Source of the DNA: Lama guanicoe
Lineage: Eukaryota
Assembly (NCBI GenBank): GCA_013239625.1
Contig: MU053933.1
Coordinates: 1,428,001 to 1,492,000 of the forward strand
Length of the DNA: 64,000 nucleotides
Direction: 5' to 3'
The first letter of the stretch is position 1; each line of letters starts with the position of its first letter. Below the pieces are notes generated by a model that was not told where the DNA came from, did no database searches, and worked only from the letters and a program-made list of their open reading frames with translations. Shown here in pieces: positions 60,311 to 64,000 of this stretch. A program made the translations under genes and the position numbers.

Positions 60311-61554
60311 TGAGGGGTGAGAAGGAGGCAGCTGAGGCAGGGCGGCTTGCTGGAAAGTGAGGCCTGCGGAGAAGGAAAGTCAGGAGTCCTGCCTGGCATG
60401 GCTGCCACACGGGGCAGGGGGGCTCCCCCGACCCGGCTCCCCCTCCTGCACAGACTGCACTGTGTCCTCAGACCCCAACTCTCACCGAATCTAGTTCTCT
60501 CCTGTCTAGGCCGCAGGCAGGCGGAAACCCGCAGCTGCCAGGCTCCCCTCGCCCAGCCCTGGGGTCCCCCAGACAGTTGGGAAGGACCCTGAGGTCTCAG
60601 CACGCCCCATCCGGCCCCACAGGGCATGGTGCTCAGGGCCATCAGCACCCACACCGCCCTCCTGGGCGAGAAGCCTTGGGGTGCGGCCCCCTTCTTGCTG
60701 CCCCAGGGCCCCGGGAGCCAGACTCAGGATGCAGCTTGGCCAGATCTCACTGTGGAAGACAGGCCCACTGGGCTGCGGTCCCGCCCCAGGTCCCAGCCAG
60801 AGTCCCCGTTCTGACCCCACCCAGCCTTCCTGCGTGGGGCTGGCTATTGATCCAAGGCCAGGCCGGAATCTGAATCTGATCCTTTTGAGACCAACAGATC
60901 AACAAAGTGTTGTGGGCTGACGTCTTCTGGAAGGCCCCGCACCTCCCCTGGGCTGGAGTAGACGGAAGCTGGCCCTGGGCTGCGCTCTGGGATGGTGGTG
61001 GCGGAGGGCACAACTGGCACACTGTCCACCCCAGACCCCATCCCTCCCCACTGTCCCCTGCTGTACAGGCTGCAGCCTGGCCTCCCAGGTTTGGTTCCAG
61101 CATCAGATCTGGGCTCCCTGGGGCCCAGTGCGTTTCCTTAAGAAACTTCCTTAGGAAGCATGGCTGGCCCCCCACCTCCTGTGTTCCCAGAACGGGCAAG
61201 GAGCTCAGAGGGCAACCAGCCTCCAAGGGGGGCTCACGACTGACCTCAACCCTGGGCAAGCCCCAGCCCCCCACCAGTGTCCCCAGCCACAGTCTTCCCT
61301 CGCCTCCTGGGCAGGCCAAGGCCTCAGAGGACAGCTCCCCCAGTGTCCTTCCCTCAGTCCCAGAACCTTCCAGGGAGAGAGGCCAGGAGCTGGCAGAACG
61401 TGTGACCCCGCCACTCACCGCCGGCGGCCCCTCTGCCCCTCTGCCACAGAGGCCGAGGCGGTGACCAGGGAGAGGGGCAACCTTTGGGCGCTAGGCTGGG
61501 CGAGCACTAGCGCTAACTTGGCGCCCACACTCTGTCCCCACAAGACCAGCACGG

Positions 61555-61625
61555 TCTCTGGACACATCTCTTCAAGGCCCTGAGCTTCACTCTCCCCACC
61601 CGGGAACCTGGCTGATAACAGCTGT
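61555..61625 (+). mobile_element. Degenerate MIR core
   Basis: ccctgagcttcactctccccacc...gctgataaca. Confidence 0.4.
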
Positions 61626-61714
61626 ACCTCCAGGAAACGTGAGAGAGAGAAACAGAAAAACAAAACAAGAACACGGTATTACAGGTCAGGCGGTGTCCAG
61701 AGCTCCCGGGTCTG

Positions 61715-61968
61715 AAACGGGCTCTGTCGTGTCCCCCGGGCTCCTACGCTGGAGTCCTGGCCCCCAGCAGGTCGGAACGTGCCTGTGTTGGAGACAGCAT
61801 CTTCGCAGAGGAGACTAAGGTTAAATGAGGTGATGAGGGTGGGCCCTAATCCCACAGAACCGGTGTCCTTATTAAGAGAAGATCAGGACACAGATATGCC
61901 CTGGGACAATCACGCGAGGACACGGTGCAGACGGCCGTCGACATGCCCAGGGGAGAGGCCTCTGGAGC
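61715..61968 (+). mobile_element. MLT1A/B-like LTR, 3'-truncated
   Basis: aaggttaaatgaggtgatgagggtgggccctaatcc...ggtgtccttattaagagaaga...caggggagaggcctc. Confidence 0.88.
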
Positions 61969-64000
61969 GTGGACACAGGAAAAGGGAAGGGGGGCTCCCA
62001 GGTCCTACACTGAGCATCGCAGTGGCAACCGTGCCTCTGACTGATGTCCCCCTCCCGGCACCCCTCAGCAGGCGCACTGGGGCACAGCGATTCAACACTG
62101 CTGGCTCCACAGGGCTGCTGTGTCCAGTGCTTGAACCCGCTGCCCTGCCAGGCTGCCCAAGCTTGGGGAGTGCCCGGCCCCGCGGAGCATGTGGGCAGCT
62201 GGTGGGGACCCACCCAAGGGGGCCGGCAGCCTGCTCAAGCCTCCTTCTCTTCTTCCCACCCCAACACCCTCTGTGGGAGCGAAGCCCCCGAAGGCCCCCC
62301 GGCACCCGGCCGCGCTGGCCCCACCAGGGCGGCTTTCAAAGCCCCCGGCGCGGCCGAGCGTGGGCTGCACGGCTCCCGCACAAGCCTCTCGGGGCAGCGT
62401 CCCGCCTCGTTTCCCAGCAAAACTAGGAACACCCCCTCATCCCCCAGGCAACCGTCCACCTGTGTGCTTCCTGGAGGAGGGTTCAGTTGGGGTTTGGACG
62501 GAAAACCTGCAAAAGGTAGGAGGCTGGTGGTGACAGCGGTCCAAGGGGTGGGGGACAGGGCCCCAAGTCCCACTGGACAGCTGGAGCCACATTCAGAGAG
62601 GGCTCCGAGGGGGGCCCCTCCAAGCTGGAACTGGACCTTCCGTGGGCTTCCAGTTCACACACGCATGCGCACACACACCCTGCTCAGCACCGGATACCTC
62701 CCCCAGAACCAGAGCCAGAGCCTGGGAGCAGGGCCCTCAGCCCACCCAAGACTCTGCTCCCCACCACGCTCCTCCCCAGCCCCTTTCAGACCGCCCAGGC
62801 CTCGGGCCTCGAGCACAACCAAGCAGCCCTGGGGCCTCTCCGTCAGCCTCCTCCAGCTCAGAGGCCCGTCCCTGGCCTGCACGGCCGGGCAGCTCTGAAT
62901 CAGGGACATGAGGAGAGGGGTCAGACGCGGGCCCTGAAATGTTGCAACAGCCCTTCGGCGCCAGCTCAGATGGGTCTGTCGTCCCAGAGGTGAAACCAGG
63001 CGCCGAGACCAAGTGATGGTTATGAGACACATTTCCCCAGGGAGCACCTGCAGTCAGATTCTAGTAACCAGACTTCTAGGAAGAGCAGGCCTCGCTGACG
63101 CTGGTGTCCGGGATGGGGTTGGGGGCCAGTCTCCAGGAAAGGCAGAGTTCAGGGAGAGACTGCTGGCGGGCAGTGCGAGGCGGGAGCATGCTGCCGCCGG
63201 GGAGCAGGCCTGCCTCGGGGCTCGCGCTCAGACAGCGCCCCCCTCCTCCCGGAGCACTGACCTGCACACCAGCACGCTCTGCTCACTGGCTCTGGAAGGC
63301 CTGAGGGCCAAAGCCCGTGTCCACCCCTGGCTGGACGCCCACACAGCGCCCGGGCCAGGCTGCGGGTCCCTTCTCGCCCAGCTGTATCGGCAGGAAGAGT
63401 GCGCCAAGGAGATTTTTCCCAAGAAAGAACACCCTCGTACGCCTGCCCCTGTCACCCCTGCCATGCGGACCCTGTCAGAGGGTTCGGGCCACCGGAGAGG
63501 CACAGGGTGGGGGAGCCAGTCCTGGGCAGCCTTTGATTTCTGGAGAGTACTCTGTGGCAGGCGACCTCCTTTTCCTGGCCTGCCCCCCAGGAGCGACACG
63601 GCCATTCTTCTGTGGCGTGAGCCACCCCACCGCACGGCCACCCCTCAGGCCTGATAATTAGCCCCACAATTGAGTCTCACCCGAGCAGCTGCTGGCCCCC
63701 CGCCTACAGCGAACCTCGGACACTCTAAAAGGCAGGAGGAAAGCCGGGCCCCGGCAGGAGGAGCCCAGACACTGAGCCCCATGTACACGTCCTCGTTTCC
63801 CCGACTTCCCTCTGGGTGGCCTCCCTCCAGAACTTTCCATCTGAGGGTAAGTGGCCTTCACTGGAATCCAGCACCGTTTACTGGATGCGATGATTACTCT
63901 GTCCAGACGCTGGGACCCAAAGACTACAGCCCGATGGGGAGACAAGACACAAAAACTTTGTGGTCATGCTGGGCCCCGGCTGGCCTGCTAAGGCCTTGGG

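Noticed and set aside
61600..61675. Minus-strand pyrimidine tract resembling an acceptor
   Set aside because: Ends in an unfavourable GAG, and the adjacent sequence looks like a MIR remnant.

Overview
This is GC-rich (roughly 60-65% by eye), CpG-retaining mammalian non-coding DNA, either a very large intron or an intergenic region. The youngest repeats are L1 3' tails of the cetartiodactyl type, best matching my recollection of the camelid L1. I saw no Alu, Bov-tA/BovB, PRE-1 or CanSINE, so a camelid genome is the best guess. I recognise no protein-coding exon, tRNA, rRNA or known miRNA; the supplied ORFs are what stop-poor GC-rich DNA yields by chance. The window is a mosaic of old eutherian repeats (MLT1/MLT2, MER21-like and ERV1-like LTRs, L1M, L2, MIR, CR1/L3, Tigger1, a hAT remnant) separated by unique sequence with short AT-rich islands. 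Most notable signals: (1) a near-textbook 12-nt plus-strand microexon at 13084-13095, followed by two AATAAA signals, with further plus-strand acceptor-like islands downstream; (2) a ~230-bp, ~92%-identical long inverted repeat (45257-45483 / 46535-46764) in non-TE sequence; (3) several local duplications; (4) a twin-primed L1; (5) a small unclassified TIR element; (6) strong AT-to-GC skew in repeat divergence. I found no convincing novel multi-gene system. Repeat family names come from recalled consensus sequences and need RepeatMasker/Dfam confirmation; their boundaries are approximate.
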